Of a stretch of DNA of 14,831 nucleotides, positions 1 to 9,610 are shown piece by piece (within the stretch, counting starts at the first letter, position 1; the number at the start of each line of letters is the position of its first letter). Under the pieces are notes generated by a model, which saw nothing but the letters and a program-made list of their open reading frames with translations, made no database searches and was not told the DNA's origin. Origin of the DNA: a virus (Duplodnaviria > Heunggongvirae > Uroviricota > Caudoviricetes); the IMG/VR virus record IMGVR_UViG_2537561713_000005; one strand, 5' to 3'. A program made the translations under genes and the position numbers.

Positions 1-289
1 GGTTTTCGAGAGCCGTTTGCACAGTGCCATCCGATTTGATATCGCCAAACGGATTCTTGCGGCTTAACAGCAGCGCGCGAAGTGCGGTAAGTAACTGGTC
101 GTGCCGCCCCTTCTCCAGGCTGGCACCGGATGCCTCCACCACGCTGCAAAGTTCCTCCTGCAACATGTCAAAGTAGTCATCATCCAGATCGGTGGCAGGC
201 GTGCCGGTCTGGGGGTTACCACGGGTAAAACCGTTCTTACCCGCGCCGAACTTATCCTTCTGCGCGGTTTTCGTGTCTATACGATGCAT
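1..289 (-). CDS. Tail fiber protein, N-terminal part (partial, continues past window start)
   Basis: ATG at 289..287 with GGAG 6 nt upstream, 3 nt after the stop of the gpI-like gene. My translation: [47 protein letters not shown]..., which I recall as the conserved N-terminal domain of enterobacterial phage side tail fibers. Position after the gpI-like gene matches Mu/e14 order. Confidence 0.6.
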   Translation of the reverse strand, partial: MHRIDTKTAQKDKFGAGKNGFTRGNPQTGTPATDLDDDYFDMLQEELCSVVEASGASLEKGRHDQLLTALRALLLSRKNPFGDIKSDGTVQTALEN

Positions 290-292
290 GGA

Positions 293-877
293 TTACTCCG
301 GATATTTAAAAATTACGTAGGTTTGCGACGGGCAGAGTTTGTTAAGCACACACTCGACAACGGTGTCACCCCAGATACGCAGTGCGGAATCACAGGGATC
401 GCCACATGTCATCCAGGTGGAGTTGGTGGTGGCTGGCATGTTGACCTGCCAGTAATACCGCCATTCCGGCGCATTCACCGCGTCAGTACAGGCCGATGAG
501 CAGGTGAAAGTGCTTTTGTCGTATCGCGTGATGGTGGCATCTGGTCTGCCCAGGGCAGCAAGCTGTGCAAGATAAAAATCCTCGTTGATGCCGCCCGCCA
601 GGTTAACCTTCGCATCCAGCCGTTGCTGACGCTGGCGAAGGGTCTGCGTTCCCGCCGGAATACATTCATCCGGCAGACCGCACAGACGCTCCCAGCGGTT
701 TATCAGTTCAGTGGTGGTGCGAGGATCCAGCTCCCGCATCAGGGCATCCGCACGCTGATGAACACGGGTTAATGACGGTGCCGCACCGGCAATCGCCGGA
801 TCGCTGGCTGACCACGCCGGACCGGGCGGCAACAGTGCCGATAACAGGCGGATGTAATCATCGTTTGTCACGTCCAT
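293..877 (-). CDS. Tail protein, Mu gp48 / P2 gpI-like (YmfQ/DUF2313-type)
   Basis: 194-aa ORF between the baseplate J-like gene and the tail fiber; start overlaps the upstream gene by 10 nt. Family assignment from position and recalled similarity. Confidence 0.55.
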   Translation of the reverse strand: MDVTNDDYIRLLSALLPPGPAWSASDPAIAGAAPSLTRVHQRADALMRELDPRTTTELINRWERLCGLPDECIPAGTQTLRQRQQRLDAKVNLAGGINEDFYLAQLAALGRPDATITRYDKSTFTCSSACTDAVNAPEWRYYWQVNMPATTNSTWMTCGDPCDSALRIWGDTVVECVLNKLCPSQTYVIFKYPE

Positions 878-1926
878 GAAATCGTCCCCAGTACCGCCAG
901 TTCGTTTTTCGCAATGGAGATATTGTCCACCGGTGCAAGCAACTGATGGCTGTATTCCCCGTTCGCACCGGAAATCGCCTCACTGATACGCGATACCTTG
1001 AGTTCTCCCTGCGGATAACCATCACGCAGCAGGAACGAACGCAACTCCGCGGTAATGGCAGCCCGTATTTCCGGTGTGTCCGGCGTCACGCGGATATGAA
1101 AATCCACTTTATGCGCCACCGGCCTGAATACATACAAATCAGAGCCTGCCACCGGGGCCAGTGGCTCAATGTGTTGTCTTGCCGCCGTTTCCGTTGATTC
1201 TTCCGGAATGGGATTAATCAGGTCACTGCTGGCAATCATCACACCGACAGTTCCCGTTCCCATCCAGTGACGGTATGTCCATGCGCGGGTAATGCCGGGC
1301 ACTTCTTTAGCCCAGACAACATAGTCCCCGTCAGCCCCGCCCTGAGGCGTCCAGTAATACCGCTCAATGACGCGGGCGCGCCACGTTTCCAGATCTTCAG
1401 TATCGAATCCGCCAGTCAGGGTATCTGCAACACCGGAAGACGGCAGACCATTCACCGGCGTGACCAGGATTAATGCCGTACCGTCGTCAGCGTTACCGAC
1501 CGCGCCTGCACTTGAGCAGGCGATCGGCACGCGCAGGACACCACCGGAGCTGGTTGCATCAGCAGTTGCCGTGTACTGAACCAGGTCATCGCGCTGAATC
1601 ACGCTCCCGGCGGTCACCTTCAGGCCATCGCTGACACCTTCCCAGCGCATATACCCGCTGGCAGCCGTGGCCCCCTTGCGCGGACACCGTTTCATCGCAG
1701 CATGTCGCGCCAGCCAGGACTCATCGCACAGGTCAGGCAGCATGTTCATTGCCAGATAATCGATGTAACCGTAAACCGTATGCAGCGCCGCCGCATACAC
1801 CTTTGCCCGCACGTCTTCATCCATGCGCCGGAGCGTGTCGCTGACGTCCAGCCTGGCGAATAAATCGTTACGGAGCATACTGATATTTTCTGCCAGCGTC
1901 GGGCGCTGAAATTCACTGTCCGCCAT
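868..1926 (-). CDS. Baseplate J-like protein (Mu gp47 family)
   Basis: 352-aa ORF in Mu-syntenic position after the gp46-like gene; size and position typical of baseplate wedge J proteins. Confidence 0.7.
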   Translation of the reverse strand: MADSEFQRPTLAENISMLRNDLFARLDVSDTLRRMDEDVRAKVYAAALHTVYGYIDYLAMNMLPDLCDESWLARHAAMKRCPRKGATAASGYMRWEGVSDGLKVTAGSVIQRDDLVQYTATADATSSGGVLRVPIACSSAGAVGNADDGTALILVTPVNGLPSSGVADTLTGGFDTEDLETWRARVIERYYWTPQGGADGDYVVWAKEVPGITRAWTYRHWMGTGTVGVMIASSDLINPIPEESTETAARQHIEPLAPVAGSDLYVFRPVAHKVDFHIRVTPDTPEIRAAITAELRSFLLRDGYPQGELKVSRISEAISGANGEYSHQLLAPVDNISIAKNELAVLGTISWT

Positions 1927-2341
1927 GCGTTATCGCACTCCACAGATCATCAAAAGAAATCATTACCGGTCCGTCACGACGCCAGAGGGTGATACTGTTA
2001 CCCAGCTCATTAATCCCGGTGCGGCGGATATCCAGATCAATACGGGACACCACGCCGTCATCAATCATCCATTGCAGGCATTCGCGGATATACCCCCTTA
2101 CTGTCTGCACCAGCTGATTGGTCAGTTTGCTGCGCTGAAGCAGCCACAGTCGTGAGCCGTAACGGTCATTCTGTACCGCAGGCCAGGTATCCCCCCACCA
2201 TCCCATCGGGACGTCGGCGTTGTCATCAGGCTCCGCCCGCCGCCAGGTAAACAGGGAAATCACCACGGCGCGGGTCAGCGGATCCAGCGGTGCGCTGGCG
2301 CAGGTGCGTTTACCGTTCACCGTCAGCCACAGTTCCATCAT
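1913..2341 (-). CDS. Baseplate protein, Mu gp46-like
   Basis: 142-aa ORF between the V-like and J-like genes; start overlaps the upstream stop (ATGA). Confidence 0.5.
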   Translation of the reverse strand: MMELWLTVNGKRTCASAPLDPLTRAVVISLFTWRRAEPDDNADVPMGWWGDTWPAVQNDRYGSRLWLLQRSKLTNQLVQTVRGYIRECLQWMIDDGVVSRIDLDIRRTGINELGNSITLWRRDGPVMISFDDLWSAITHGGQ

Positions 2342-2886
2342 GCCTCCATCGCTTTATCCGGTTTGTCGGTGTTACTGCCCTGACCGTTCTCTCTGTGACG
2401 ATGCCCGTTATAGGCAAGCCGCATCGCTGACATGGTAGTGCCGCTGGAGTCGCACAGGTCTTTCACCTGTCCTGTCACTTCCAGGTCCATTTCAAAACGT
2501 GCTTTAGGTGAATTGCGAAACGTGATCGTTTTACCTGCACCGTCCACCACGATCCCCTCCCGGGTCAGCGTCACAGACTGCCCCTGATCGTCATAGACAG
2601 CCACCTCACCCGTCTGCAACCCTTTCAGGCGGTAGCGCCGGTCCGACACCGTAACAACCACCGCATGAGAACGGTCGCCATCCGGAAACAACACCACCGC
2701 TTCCGCGCCGCTGTTTGCCCTTGCGGTAAAACCGTAGGGTTCAAGATGTTCAACCCCGGCTTTGGGTTCACCGGCAATCAGGGACACATCCACGGTCTGA
2801 CATTTCGTGGCGGCACTGATGCTTTTCACCACTGCCCGCGCAATCAGGCCGAGAAGTTGTCGCTGCATGGCTTCAATCGTCCTCAT
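2338..2886 (-). CDS. Baseplate assembly protein V / spike (Mu gp45-like)
   Basis: 182-aa ORF; ATGA start/stop overlap with the hub gene; position matches Mu gp45. Confidence 0.6.
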   Translation of the reverse strand: MRTIEAMQRQLLGLIARAVVKSISAATKCQTVDVSLIAGEPKAGVEHLEPYGFTARANSGAEAVVLFPDGDRSHAVVVTVSDRRYRLKGLQTGEVAVYDDQGQSVTLTREGIVVDGAGKTITFRNSPKARFEMDLEVTGQVKDLCDSSGTTMSAMRLAYNGHRHRENGQGSNTDKPDKAMEA

Positions 2887-3965
2887 CAGAACGGGTCCTC
2901 CTGTACTCTGGCTTTTTTCTTTTTCCGCGCGCCGGGGGCTTCGGGTTCAGGCAGATAAGCATCAGGCGGGCCGACACGGATTTCCGTCAGGGTGCCGTTC
3001 TGGTCCTGAGTAAACGTGACTTCCGAGACAAGCAGTTCGGTATTGTCGAAACCACAGACTGGATCGAAGACAATCACCCGCTGGTTGGGCTGCCACAGCG
3101 TACCGTTACCCTGTCGCCAGCCCTGCACCACATAGGTGGTTTCATCCGTCCGCGCCGCCCGTTGTCGGGCTTCAAAGTCAGCACGCGCAATACAGCCTGC
3201 CCCCGTGGCCTGCCCTGTCTGCCTGATATACATCGGACGGTAACGGGCAATAAATGCGTCCTCTGTGCGGGCCCGCAGCGCGGTGGTGGTGACCTCACCG
3301 AAATCATCGTCGTTTCCGGCACGCTGCCCCGCCACCTGGTAAACAGAAAACCGCTCCCGGATACTCTTCTCCGTATCACAGGAAAGGATGTTTTCCCCAA
3401 GTACCAGCGCGGTATGTGCCCGCGTTGAGCCAATACCGCCAATCACCAGCCTGCCGTGCGGATCGTCGTAAGCCAGCGCCTGCTGCTGACCGAGTATTTT
3501 GTTGATAACCTCAATCACCGTTTCACCGTGATCAGGCTGAACATCAGGAATAACACCCGACGGCGCACCGCTGTTCACCACCTCAATGCCGAAAGGCGCA
3601 GCAAGCGCCTGCGCAATCTGCACCAGCGAGCGTCCGTTAAACTGTGTCGGTTCGGCTGCACAGTCAATCAGGTCAGCCGTCAGACTACGTCCGGCAATAC
3701 CGGTGCTGACCGAACGGGCATCGTAACGAACGGGAGTCGCCTCCACCCAGCCGGTGATCACCAGCTCATCACCAATCAGCACTTCCACTTTTGAACCGTT
3801 TTTAATGCGCGGCTGAAGCGTGGTGATACCCTCATCTCCCGGCCACTGGCGAGTGATCTCCACACTGAAATCCCGCGCCAGCCGTTCAATACCGGCACCG
3901 ATGCGCACCGATGTCCAGCCATTCCACTCCCGGCCATTTACCCGTAGCGTGACATTGTCGTTCAT
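2886..3965 (-). CDS. Baseplate hub protein (Mu gpP / late control D-like)
   Basis: 359-aa ORF following the N-like gene with overlapping stop/start; synteny with Mu N-P. Confidence 0.6.
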   Translation of the reverse strand: MNDNVTLRVNGREWNGWTSVRIGAGIERLARDFSVEITRQWPGDEGITTLQPRIKNGSKVEVLIGDELVITGWVEATPVRYDARSVSTGIAGRSLTADLIDCAAEPTQFNGRSLVQIAQALAAPFGIEVVNSGAPSGVIPDVQPDHGETVIEVINKILGQQQALAYDDPHGRLVIGGIGSTRAHTALVLGENILSCDTEKSIRERFSVYQVAGQRAGNDDDFGEVTTTALRARTEDAFIARYRPMYIRQTGQATGAGCIARADFEARQRAARTDETTYVVQGWRQGNGTLWQPNQRVIVFDPVCGFDNTELLVSEVTFTQDQNGTLTEIRVGPPDAYLPEPEAPGARKKKKARVQEDPF

Positions 3966-5305
3966 TGCACTGGCACCTTCAGAGGGATCACCGGCACAAA
4001 GCCGGGATGCGTAATGGCATTACGCCGGATAATGTCCGCGTCACGCGCCGCGTTATCAAACCAGGTCGCCGCCAGCACCAGCGCGGGTAAAACCTCATCC
4101 GGCGTGCGCTGAATGATCCGTGCAGACTGTTCAAGGCGCGTGTTGATATCCGCATTCAGATCTGCTTTCACCCGGCGCAGCGCCAGAAACAGCGCATCAC
4201 TGGTTGTACGGGACAACTCCTTATCAATTGCCGTATTCAGTGTGTCGCGAATGTCGGTCAGTTCTTCCCACGTTGGCAGGTCAACCGTGTTTTTCACCGC
4301 CGGTGCATTGTTCAGTGCCGGATGCGTGACAGAAGGCCAGCCGGTGCTCTGCGCGGGTGTTGTTGACTGCCCTACTGTGGCATTCTGCATCACCGCGGAA
4401 GTTGTGGGCGCAGGCAATCGTGTGACGGCATACGCCGCTTCGCTGATTGCGGTCGTACGAAGGGTGCTGGCAACCACGTTACGCTGCTGCGTCGCCGTGG
4501 CGGTAGTTTTACTGTCCGTTTTCCAGACGCCGCGCGGTTGCAGATCGCTGCCGAGGCTGACACCGGAAAGCGTTTTGATCATGGTGACCAGGTCGCTGGC
4601 GTTACCATAAAGGCGTTTCCCGGTACGCCACATTTTCTGCACCTGCTCAACGAAATTTTTGCCTGACGATGGTGGCGGCAGAAGTACCGAGATATCCCCC
4701 TGCAACAGCCTGGCGGCATCCGATACGGCAGAATCCACCACTTTCATCGCATCAGAAACATACCCAAGCATTGTGCTGGCATTACCGACGACGTCGTTCT
4801 GCACAAAATCTGCCACGCCATCGATACTGAAACCACTGAAGCTGTCACTGATGCAGTCATCCAGTGCAGAACAGGATGACATCAGCGTCTGCGCCGTCGC
4901 CGCACCTGAAGTGGGGTAAGAGAGTTCTCCCGCTTCGACAAACTTCAGGTCAAAGCGGACAATACGCCCTTCACTCTTCGATGTGCTGACCCGAACTTCC
5001 CCGTCAACACAGACTTTCAGCTCACCGTAAGTCGGATGGACAAGCGTGCCGGGACCGGGTTTATTCAGCGCGTCAATCAGGCGATCGCGCTGGTCAAAGC
5101 AGTCATCTCCCACCACATAAGCTGTGATGGACGGGCGGAAAGTGATTTTCCCCAGGTCTTCGGTATAGGGTTTGTCGCGGTTCGGGTATTCGTGCGTTTC
5201 CACACGACGACCGGTTCCCGCACTTTCTTCTTCAACCTTAAACGGCACACCGCGAAATGACGCGTCCTGAAGTCTGTCTTTCCACGTCATATAAACTCCG
5301 TACAT
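3962..5305 (-). CDS. DNA circularization protein N-like (Mu gp43 family)
   Basis: 447-aa ORF directly after the tape measure gene. Alternative start at 5290 (MTWKDRLQDASFRGVPF...) has a better SD (GGAG, 5-nt spacer). Confidence 0.6.
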   Translation of the reverse strand: MYGVYMTWKDRLQDASFRGVPFKVEEESAGTGRRVETHEYPNRDKPYTEDLGKITFRPSITAYVVGDDCFDQRDRLIDALNKPGPGTLVHPTYGELKVCVDGEVRVSTSKSEGRIVRFDLKFVEAGELSYPTSGAATAQTLMSSCSALDDCISDSFSGFSIDGVADFVQNDVVGNASTMLGYVSDAMKVVDSAVSDAARLLQGDISVLLPPPSSGKNFVEQVQKMWRTGKRLYGNASDLVTMIKTLSGVSLGSDLQPRGVWKTDSKTTATATQQRNVVASTLRTTAISEAAYAVTRLPAPTTSAVMQNATVGQSTTPAQSTGWPSVTHPALNNAPAVKNTVDLPTWEELTDIRDTLNTAIDKELSRTTSDALFLALRRVKADLNADINTRLEQSARIIQRTPDEVLPALVLAATWFDNAARDADIIRRNAITHPGFVPVIPLKVPVQ

Positions 5306-5326
5306 AAAAATCCCACCGGAGTGGGA
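5306..5326 (-). terminator. Small stem-loop plus T5 run between tape measure and N genes (weak attenuator candidate)
   Basis: Minus strand reads GTCCCAC-TCCG-GTGGGA followed by TTTTT, ending right at ATG 5305. 6-bp stem, short U tract. Confidence 0.2.
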
Positions 5327-5349
5327 CTCATTAACAGATTAATTTTTCA

Positions 5350-7185
5350 TTACCTGCCAAAGCGCGTATAGCCAACATCATGGCTGACATCAAAACCGCT
5401 GGATCGCGTTTCCATAACCCGCATACCCGGAGGCGAATTCACAAAAGAGACCTTGATCTCACCATCAACTTTTGGCGCAGAAGCTTTGTTAATCATGAAG
5501 GGATTCGGGCCTGTGGCACCGGAGGCGTTGTTTGACTGAGCCGGATCTACCGCCTGATAAGGTGTGTATCCCCGTGCCGGTATTCCCGTCCCATAAGCAT
5601 CATAAGCACCCGCGCCCCACTGCGCAGAGTTAATGGCATCGACCGTGTCACCGGAACTGTCGGTAAACCACTCAATAATTGGCTTCAGTTTGTCCCACAT
5701 ATCCTGAAACCACTTAACAACCGGTCCCCAGTTATTGATTACCATCCCCAGCGGCGACCAGGCAAAAACCTTCTTCAGAAGTTCCCAGCCAGCCTCAAAA
5801 TAAGGACCAATGGTTTCCCAGAGCTTCTTGAAATAAGGTCCGACAACATCCCAGTTAGTGATAATTAATCCCGCAGCCAGGGCTATCGCCGTCGCAATCA
5901 TTCCAATCGGCGTCATCGACATGATCCTGCTGACAATACTGATGGCACCGCCAACGCCCATCAATCCCAGTTTCAGAATCGCAAGACCGGCAGCAAGCCC
6001 GACGACGCCGCGAATAACCCGGGGATTTTCATCCGCAAACTTCGTGAATTTTTCCCCTAACTCCCCCAGCCATTGCGTGATATTTTTGGCGTCACCAGAA
6101 AATGCGCCGCCAATAGCCGCAAGGCCGTTAGTTGCGGTCCCCGTCATTGCCTCCCACAGGTTGGACAGCGTACCAAGCTGGGCCTGAACACGTTTATTCA
6201 GGCTGGCCTGTTTATTCATCTTCTGCTGGATCTGATCGTAGCCATCCTTTCCTTTATCGATTAGTGCATTGACCACCTGAAGGGTTTCGGCATCATCACC
6301 AAATATTGCCTTAAGTACACCTGTTCGCTTAACGTCGGTCAGTTTTCGCAGCTTTGCCAGTTGCCTGAACATGTTATCAAGACCGCCAAAACTTCCTTTG
6401 CCGTCAGTAAAATCGAGCTGTACCCCGAGTTTCTGGCGGGCCATGATTTTATTGACGTCCCTGATTTTCTTAACGCTTAATCCGGACTGGATAACTTTTC
6501 GCAGGGCGTTACCTGCCGACTCCCCGTTCATCCCCATCTGATCCATCATGACGCTGATGGGGGCAAGGCTCTGTGCAGCCTGAAGACCGTCCTTGTTCAC
6601 CATCTTCAGAACAGAGCTGGTTTTAGTGAAGAAGGACAACATGTTGGTATCGTCAACACCCAGATAAAACGCCTTCTGGATAGTGTCGAACAGCCCCATC
6701 ATGTCTTCTGACGCCGTTCCGGTAGCATCCTGCATCTTTGCAGCAAACTCAGCAGCCGCTTCCGGTGTTTTTTTCAGTTGTACCGCAAGATAAGCTGTCG
6801 CTTTACCCACACCGCCAAGAATGTTTTCTGCCGGGATCCCCTGACGCACCAGCATCTGCATCATGTTCTGGAAATCAGCCGTTGTACCGGGTAGCTGGTT
6901 ACCCAGGCCAATAGCCAGTTTATTGATGTCCTGAAAGCTCTTTCCAACCTCGCCGTTCGCATCCATCATGGCGACTTTCAGCCCGGTGGCGGCGTTTTCC
7001 TGATCGGCATAAGATTTCAGGGAAAGCGTCAGACCCGCTGCCAGTCCGCCACCAAGCGCCAGCCCACCCTGTGACGCTTCTTCCGCCTGGCGTTTAAATC
7101 CCCGGATTTTCTTTTGCATTTTCGACAGCGCGGGAGAAAGCCTGTCGACACCGGTGATCAACGCCTTAAGCTCAAATTCCGCCAT
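5350..7185 (-). CDS. Tail tape measure protein
   Basis: 611-aa ORF; Ala/Gly/Gln-rich helical N-terminal half and hydrophobic glycine-rich central segment (…GVVGLAAGLAILKLGLMGVGGAISIV…); sits after the frameshifted chaperone pair. Confidence 0.8.
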   Translation of the reverse strand: MAEFELKALITGVDRLSPALSKMQKKIRGFKRQAEEASQGGLALGGGLAAGLTLSLKSYADQENAATGLKVAMMDANGEVGKSFQDINKLAIGLGNQLPGTTADFQNMMQMLVRQGIPAENILGGVGKATAYLAVQLKKTPEAAAEFAAKMQDATGTASEDMMGLFDTIQKAFYLGVDDTNMLSFFTKTSSVLKMVNKDGLQAAQSLAPISVMMDQMGMNGESAGNALRKVIQSGLSVKKIRDVNKIMARQKLGVQLDFTDGKGSFGGLDNMFRQLAKLRKLTDVKRTGVLKAIFGDDAETLQVVNALIDKGKDGYDQIQQKMNKQASLNKRVQAQLGTLSNLWEAMTGTATNGLAAIGGAFSGDAKNITQWLGELGEKFTKFADENPRVIRGVVGLAAGLAILKLGLMGVGGAISIVSRIMSMTPIGMIATAIALAAGLIITNWDVVGPYFKKLWETIGPYFEAGWELLKKVFAWSPLGMVINNWGPVVKWFQDMWDKLKPIIEWFTDSSGDTVDAINSAQWGAGAYDAYGTGIPARGYTPYQAVDPAQSNNASGATGPNPFMINKASAPKVDGEIKVSFVNSPPGMRVMETRSSGFDVSHDVGYTRFGR

Positions 7186-7596
7186 GTGTGCGTTTCTCCT
7201 GCTCTATCCTGTTTGCCTGACTGACCAGCAAGGGAATTTCACTGATCGGCATATTCAGCAATTCGAAAGGATTAATGCGCCAGTAGCTGGCGCAGTCAAA
7301 GAAGCGATCAGTGAGGTATTCAGCCGTCAGGCCTGGAGGAAAAAACCAGCCACAAGCCACGCCGCTGCATTCAGGTCTGCCGGAGACATCTGGTCGACAG
7401 AGCTTTGCGGCACTTTCGCCAGCCGCACAATGTATTTCGACACCACATGCGCCAGAAGTCTGACTGACTCATCCTGATTCATCTGGTAGGGATACCCCAG
7501 CTCGCGGACATCCTTCCCGGTGGGTTCATCAAACTCCAGTACGGAGAGTGTCTCGCCATGAGCAGTAATCGGTTTCTTTAACTCAAGCTCTTTCAT
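7172..7596 (-). CDS. Tail assembly chaperone, long product by -1 programmed frameshift
   Basis: The 62-aa ORF (7172..7360) is in the -1 frame relative to the 89-aa ORF and overlaps its last 34 nt; after a slip on TTTTTTC the next codons are CCT CCA GGC (…FFPPGLTAEY…). The extension ends 11 nt inside the tape measure start. Confidence 0.5.
7327..7596 (-). CDS. Tail assembly chaperone (short, in-frame product)
   Basis: 89-aa ORF between tube and tape measure genes; ends at a T_TTT_TTC slippery heptamer. Confidence 0.6.
   Translation of the reverse strand: MKELELKKPITAHGETLSVLEFDEPTGKDVRELGYPYQMNQDESVRLLAHVVSKYIVRLAKVPQSSVDQMSPADLNAAAWLVAGFFLQA
7339..7345 (-). other. Slippery heptanucleotide T_TTT_TTC (-1 programmed ribosomal frameshift site)
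   Basis: Minus-strand GCT GGT TTT TTC CTC in the zero frame; X_XXY_YYZ pattern placed exactly at the frame overlap. Confidence 0.5.
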
Positions 7597-7952
7597 TACT
7601 GGTAATCCCCTTCTTCACCGTGGAACTCAAGATCAACCGTGCCTTCTTCGGCATTATGGTTCGCTTCGCCGTGCAGCCAGGCAGACGACAGTACATAGAC
7701 CTGACCGTTCGCCAGCTCGGCAGTGATGGTCATCTCATCAGACGAGGTGATTTTGCTTACCGGAAAATTCTTCGGCACCTTGAAGGTCCCTTTGACATAA
7801 GGCGCACGGTGAGTTTCCTTGCGGTCCACTGAACCGTCCAGGCCGATGATGTCATCGTTAACCGTTTTGTTCATGGGCACCTCAATGCCGCCGGTCAGCG
7901 ATAGCTGCTGACCGTCAATTTTGAAATAACAGGTTCCCCCGATACGGGCCAT
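7596..7952 (-). CDS. Tail tube protein (Mu gpM-like)
   Basis: 118-aa ORF immediately after the sheath gene, with stop/start overlap on both sides. Confidence 0.7.
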   Translation of the reverse strand: MARIGGTCYFKIDGQQLSLTGGIEVPMNKTVNDDIIGLDGSVDRKETHRAPYVKGTFKVPKNFPVSKITSSDEMTITAELANGQVYVLSSAWLHGEANHNAEEGTVDLEFHGEEGDYQ

Positions 7953-9448
7953 TATGCAGACTCCTCTGAATACTGAAGACGGAACTGATTAACCACGGCA
8001 AAGACACGCAGCTGGTTAACATAGTCAGGCGGGAACAGCGTGTTCAGGCGGTTCGGATCGCTGGCATCACGCTCCACAACCAGGTACTGCTTAAACAGTT
8101 CGTAGTTTTCCACGATCCCCGCACGCTCAAGCTGACGGTAGGTTGCCAGCAGTTCCCCTTTGATCACCGCCGGGGTGACAATCGCCTGACCGGGACCAAA
8201 GCGGGTACCGTCACTGGCAAGCTTGTGACGCCCGTACTTACTGGTAATGACGGATTTCAGTTTGCGCAGTACATACGCGCTGGTATGCAGCGTCTCACTG
8301 TCGAGGTAACTGTTATCCGCAACCCCGTAAGCGTTTTTCCTGTACGTGGTGACATCACGCTGAATGCGTAGTACCCCGCTTTCGACATACGCCGTTGCCA
8401 CGCCATGAGACAGCAGGGTCTGTTGTTCGGTCATCGTGAACCGTTTCCCCTTCGGCGCAGGCAGCATACCCACCAGCTCACCGGTCTGCGTGGGACGTGC
8501 CGGATCGTTGCGGATAAACACCGCTGCGCGGGCGGTACGGCTTGCCGCCAGCTCGTCGGCAGGCGTCTGGGTCTCTTTTTCGTACCCCGCCAGGGTAATG
8601 TGCTGCTGGTTAAACTGGTCACCTGCGGTCACCAGTTCTGACAGCGTGCCGATCTTTGCCGTATACACATGACCATACAGCTGACGCGCATAGCTCCAGC
8701 GACCGCTGGTATCGTTCATCTCGGTCACCAGCGTGTTAACGGAGGCCGTGTCGTTGAACGGCAGGCCGATATAATCAAACGGCTCATCCGCCATTGCAGC
8801 CACCGCGCCGGTGAGAACCGGAGCACCCGTTCCGGCGGTACCCGTCGCCACGGCAATCTGTACGCCCGCTGGCAGCACTTCGCCCCCACCAAAGCCGTAG
8901 TAATTGAGGCTGACAGGAATTTCATTCCCACAAAGCCCCTTATGACGCGCGGTCAGTGTGACCACGCCTGCCAAAGATGAAGCCGTAAACGGCAGGGTCG
9001 GAACGGCATTGATGGCATCCTGGATACTGCTGGCAATCATCGTGACGTTATCGCCGTTAGTCACCGGTGCCTGCACGCGGGTACGTCCTACATACACATT
9101 CACCGTGCCGGTTTCGGTTGCCGCCCCGGTCACCGTCAGCGTAACTGTTGCCGCCGCACCTGTGGATTCAGGAACGGCAATCACATACAGCTCGCCAAAC
9201 GGGTCAGTCTGGCGATAAGCCTCGACCATACGCGCCAGCTGACTTCCCGCACCACAAATCTGGCGTGCATAGTCTGCCGACGACATCAGTACCAGACTGT
9301 TGGCAACAATCTCTGCACCGTTATTGGCATGACCAATCAGCAGCGATGCTCCGCTGTCCTGTGCAGTATTCGCCGCCTGGTTATCCATTTCCGCATAAAA
9401 CAACGGAACCAGCGTATTCGACGGAATGGTGTTAAAGCTTATCGTCAT
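7952..9448 (-). CDS. Contractile tail sheath protein (Mu gpL-like)
   Basis: 498-aa ORF followed by the tube gene; size and order as in Mu and P2. Confidence 0.8.
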   Translation of the reverse strand: MTISFNTIPSNTLVPLFYAEMDNQAANTAQDSGASLLIGHANNGAEIVANSLVLMSSADYARQICGAGSQLARMVEAYRQTDPFGELYVIAVPESTGAAATVTLTVTGAATETGTVNVYVGRTRVQAPVTNGDNVTMIASSIQDAINAVPTLPFTASSLAGVVTLTARHKGLCGNEIPVSLNYYGFGGGEVLPAGVQIAVATGTAGTGAPVLTGAVAAMADEPFDYIGLPFNDTASVNTLVTEMNDTSGRWSYARQLYGHVYTAKIGTLSELVTAGDQFNQQHITLAGYEKETQTPADELAASRTARAAVFIRNDPARPTQTGELVGMLPAPKGKRFTMTEQQTLLSHGVATAYVESGVLRIQRDVTTYRKNAYGVADNSYLDSETLHTSAYVLRKLKSVITSKYGRHKLASDGTRFGPGQAIVTPAVIKGELLATYRQLERAGIVENYELFKQYLVVERDASDPNRLNTLFPPDYVNQLRVFAVVNQFRLQYSEESA

Positions 9449-9602
9449 CGGTGTTCACCTTTTTATTCACGCGCCGGATATCACCCGCTGCTTCACGGCG
9501 CAGCCAGTAGTTGTTCTCGTCAACATTTCGCCCTTCGGCGGGCAAAAGGTCGCCGCGGGCAGGGTCAGGCACTGACCGCCCTTTAACAGGTTTGACAAAC
9601 AT
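9432..9602 (-). CDS. Small hypothetical protein (56 aa) between gp37-like and sheath genes
   Basis: Not in the supplied track (below its length cutoff). My translation: MFVKPVKGRSVPDPARGDLLPAEGRNVDENNYWLRREAAGDIRRVNKKVNTDDDKL. ATG at 9602 with GAGG 6 nt upstream; stop overlaps the sheath start codon. Confidence 0.35.
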   Translation of the reverse strand: MFVKPVKGRSVPDPARGDLLPAEGRNVDENNYWLRREAAGDIRRVNKKVNTDDDKL

Positions 9603-9610
9603 GAGGATCC

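Noticed and set aside
101-499. 132-aa plus-strand ORF
   Set aside because: Lies antisense to the tail fiber and gpI-like genes; no RBS; typical shadow ORF in GC-rich coding DNA.
2905-2930. A-rich tract (AAAAAGAAAAAA on the coding strand) encoding the KKKK tail of the hub protein, considered as a slippage/phase-variation site
   Set aside because: Short interrupted homopolymer at the very C-terminus; no alternative frame of any length is available.
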